This document shows, in pieces, positions 62,504 through 64,000 of a DNA stretch of 64,000 bases. The translations under genes and the position numbers were made by a program. The stretch's first letter is position 1. Every line of letters starts with the position of its first letter. A model generated the notes under the pieces. It saw nothing but the letters and a program-made list of their open reading frames with translations, was not told the origin of the DNA and did no database searches. Source of the DNA: Candidatus Velthaea sp. (lineage in GTDB: Bacteria; Vulcanimicrobiota; Vulcanimicrobiia; Vulcanimicrobiales; Vulcanimicrobiaceae); the NCBI GenBank assembly GCA_050012475.1, contig JBEKHC010000003.1:41454-105453 (forward strand). Reading direction: 5' to 3'.

Positions 62504-63799
62504 CTAATCGTCGGGCGGGCGCTGGCCGGCGATCGTTTTGAACGGCACGCCGCCTGGTCCGTATTTGATCGGCTCGAGTCCGCGTCCGTGCAGCAGATGC
62601 GAGCTGATCGCGCCGATCCGGATCAAAATACGATCGTGACCGAGCAGCGGGAATAGCAGTTCCAGCGGCGGCCCGGCGGATTTTCCCGTGAGCGCCATGC
62701 GCACGGCCGCCAACGCGTCGGCGTCGGCCAAGCCGAACTCTCCGGCGATGACGTGCAAATCGTGATCGAGCGGCAGATCGCGCAATTCGGGTTGCGCATC
62801 GACGTATTGGCCCACCGCATCTAAAAAGAAGACGACTTGCCGGTTGCGCAAACGTTCGAGTTCGAGCGCCGGTACCAGCACCGCTTCGGCACGCAATTCG
62901 GCAACCAGAACGACGGCTTCGTGGAAGCTTGCGAATTCCGCACCAAAGGCTGCGATGAACGTGTCGACCCAACGCCGCGCCGCGTCCGGCACCGGTGATT
63001 CGAGCAGGCCGCTGTGCTGCATCGCTTCCATGAGCCCAGCCGCGAGTTCGGCGCGCGGAAGGGCGCGCAGCGCGCGCCGATTGAACGCCAGCAGACGCGG
63101 TGCGTTGAAGCGCACGGGCGAGCGGCCCAGCCGCTCGACCGAAAACAGCGCCGTCAACTCCGCGAGCGAAAACGACTCTTGCGGCCGGTGCGGCGACCAG
63201 CCCAACAGCGCAAGATGATCGCGCAACGCGGCTGGCACGATCCCCGCACGCTGCAAGTCCGCGACGGCGGGCAGGGCGTCACCATCGGGCAACAACACGC
63301 CGGCGTGCGCAACGCGCGGCGGCTGCGCGTCGAGCGCCGCGTACACCTGGTGCTGCAGCGCCGTTCGCTGGAGTTCGCGATCCTCGCGCAGCATGAACCG
63401 GACGTCGAATCGGATGGCGTCGACCGCTTCGGCGAACAACGGATTCACGGTACCCGCAGCGTCGACGAGCAGCAGCTCGCCGAGGCCGGCGTCGCCGGTC
63501 GCGCCGGCGCCCAGCGCGAGAACCAGTGCGCCGCTGGCGTCGACGGCACGTCCCCGTTCGCGCAGTTCGCGCGCCGCCGCCAGATAGATCGGCAGGCGCG
63601 GCATTTCCGCGAGCAGCTCGACGTCCGCAGCCAAGCCCAGCCAGGCGAGAATCGCGCCCAGCGAAACGCCTGCGGCCTCGTCGCGAAAACGAAGTCCCAG
63701 CTTCGCGTGCGCTTGGCGAGCCAGCACCACATTGAAGAGGATGATCCGCGCGCCGGCCGCGTCGAGCGGGAGCGCGGGGGAAACGAGACCGGCGAACAC
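62504..63799 (-). CDS. Glutamyl-tRNA synthetase paralogue lacking HIGH/KMSKS motifs
   Basis: Colinear with GltX (GAR..LFN...AR, WLGL, LALLGWS, F....L...N, RMALTGKSAGPPL), but HIGG is replaced by DAAG and KLSKR is deleted. GGAG RBS before GTG 63799; the frame is open to 63853. Confidence 0.85.
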   Translation of the reverse strand: MFAGLVSPALPLDAAGARIILFNVVLARQAHAKLGLRFRDEAAGVSLGAILAWLGLAADVELLAEMPRLPIYLAAARELRERGRAVDASGALVLALGAGATGDAGLGELLLVDAAGTVNPLFAEAVDAIRFDVRFMLREDRELQRTALQHQVYAALDAQPPRVAHAGVLLPDGDALPAVADLQRAGIVPAALRDHLALLGWSPHRPQESFSLAELTALFSVERLGRSPVRFNAPRLLAFNRRALRALPRAELAAGLMEAMQHSGLLESPVPDAARRWVDTFIAAFGAEFASFHEAVVLVAELRAEAVLVPALELERLRNRQVVFFLDAVGQYVDAQPELRDLPLDHDLHVIAGEFGLADADALAAVRMALTGKSAGPPLELLFPLLGHDRILIRIGAISSHLLHGRGLEPIKYGPGGVPFKTIAGQRPPDD

Positions 63800-64000
63800 C
63801 CCGTCGTGCTCCGACGGATGGGAACTATTCGTCGGGTTCGGGCTCGTCGTCACCGGGATCGGGTGGTTTCGGCAGCTCTTCTTCGAGCGGACGTCCGGGC
63901 ATGTGGGTGTGCCATCTCATAGGACTGGGATGTATCGGCTCAAAGGCGAAACCTCCCTGCAAGTGATCACTACCGGCGTCGTGTGTCGCGACTTCATCGG

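Overview
GC-rich bacterial chromosomal window. The gene content (cysE-cysS-rlmB...sigH, GloVer repeats, stalk-domain and CARDB-like secreted proteins) suggests a Terrabacteria lineage such as Eremiobacterota/WPS-2; this is inference only. It has four parts. (1) 1-35 kb: an accessory block downstream of tRNA-Gly, rich in acid-stress and fermentation genes: Kup, lactate permease with an Fe-S/FAD lactate dehydrogenase, acetate kinase, two type IIIA H+-ATPases, slipin, GH130, phosphoketolase, AspT/AspD, an out-of-context rpoZ and oleate hydratase. Seven promoters here share one fixed-spacing architecture, YCC-N4-WW-TTCACGAT-N22-TAnnnT, which defines a putative regulon, probably controlled by the LuxR-type regulator encoded in the block. 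(2) 35-47.6 kb: tRNA-Gly, tRNA-Tyr, a complete F9-type chemosensory operon with a DosM-like double-signalling-domain receptor, a candidate sRNA/sORF, and tRNA-Thr with a triplicated 3' end. (3) 48-53.7 kb: core genes sigH, rlmB, cysS, cysE and mscS. (4) 54-61.8 kb: decayed mobile-element remnants, followed by a Nudix gene and an intact GluRS paralogue lacking its catalytic motifs, at the ancestral gltX position. All calls come from reading the sequence; no database searches were run.
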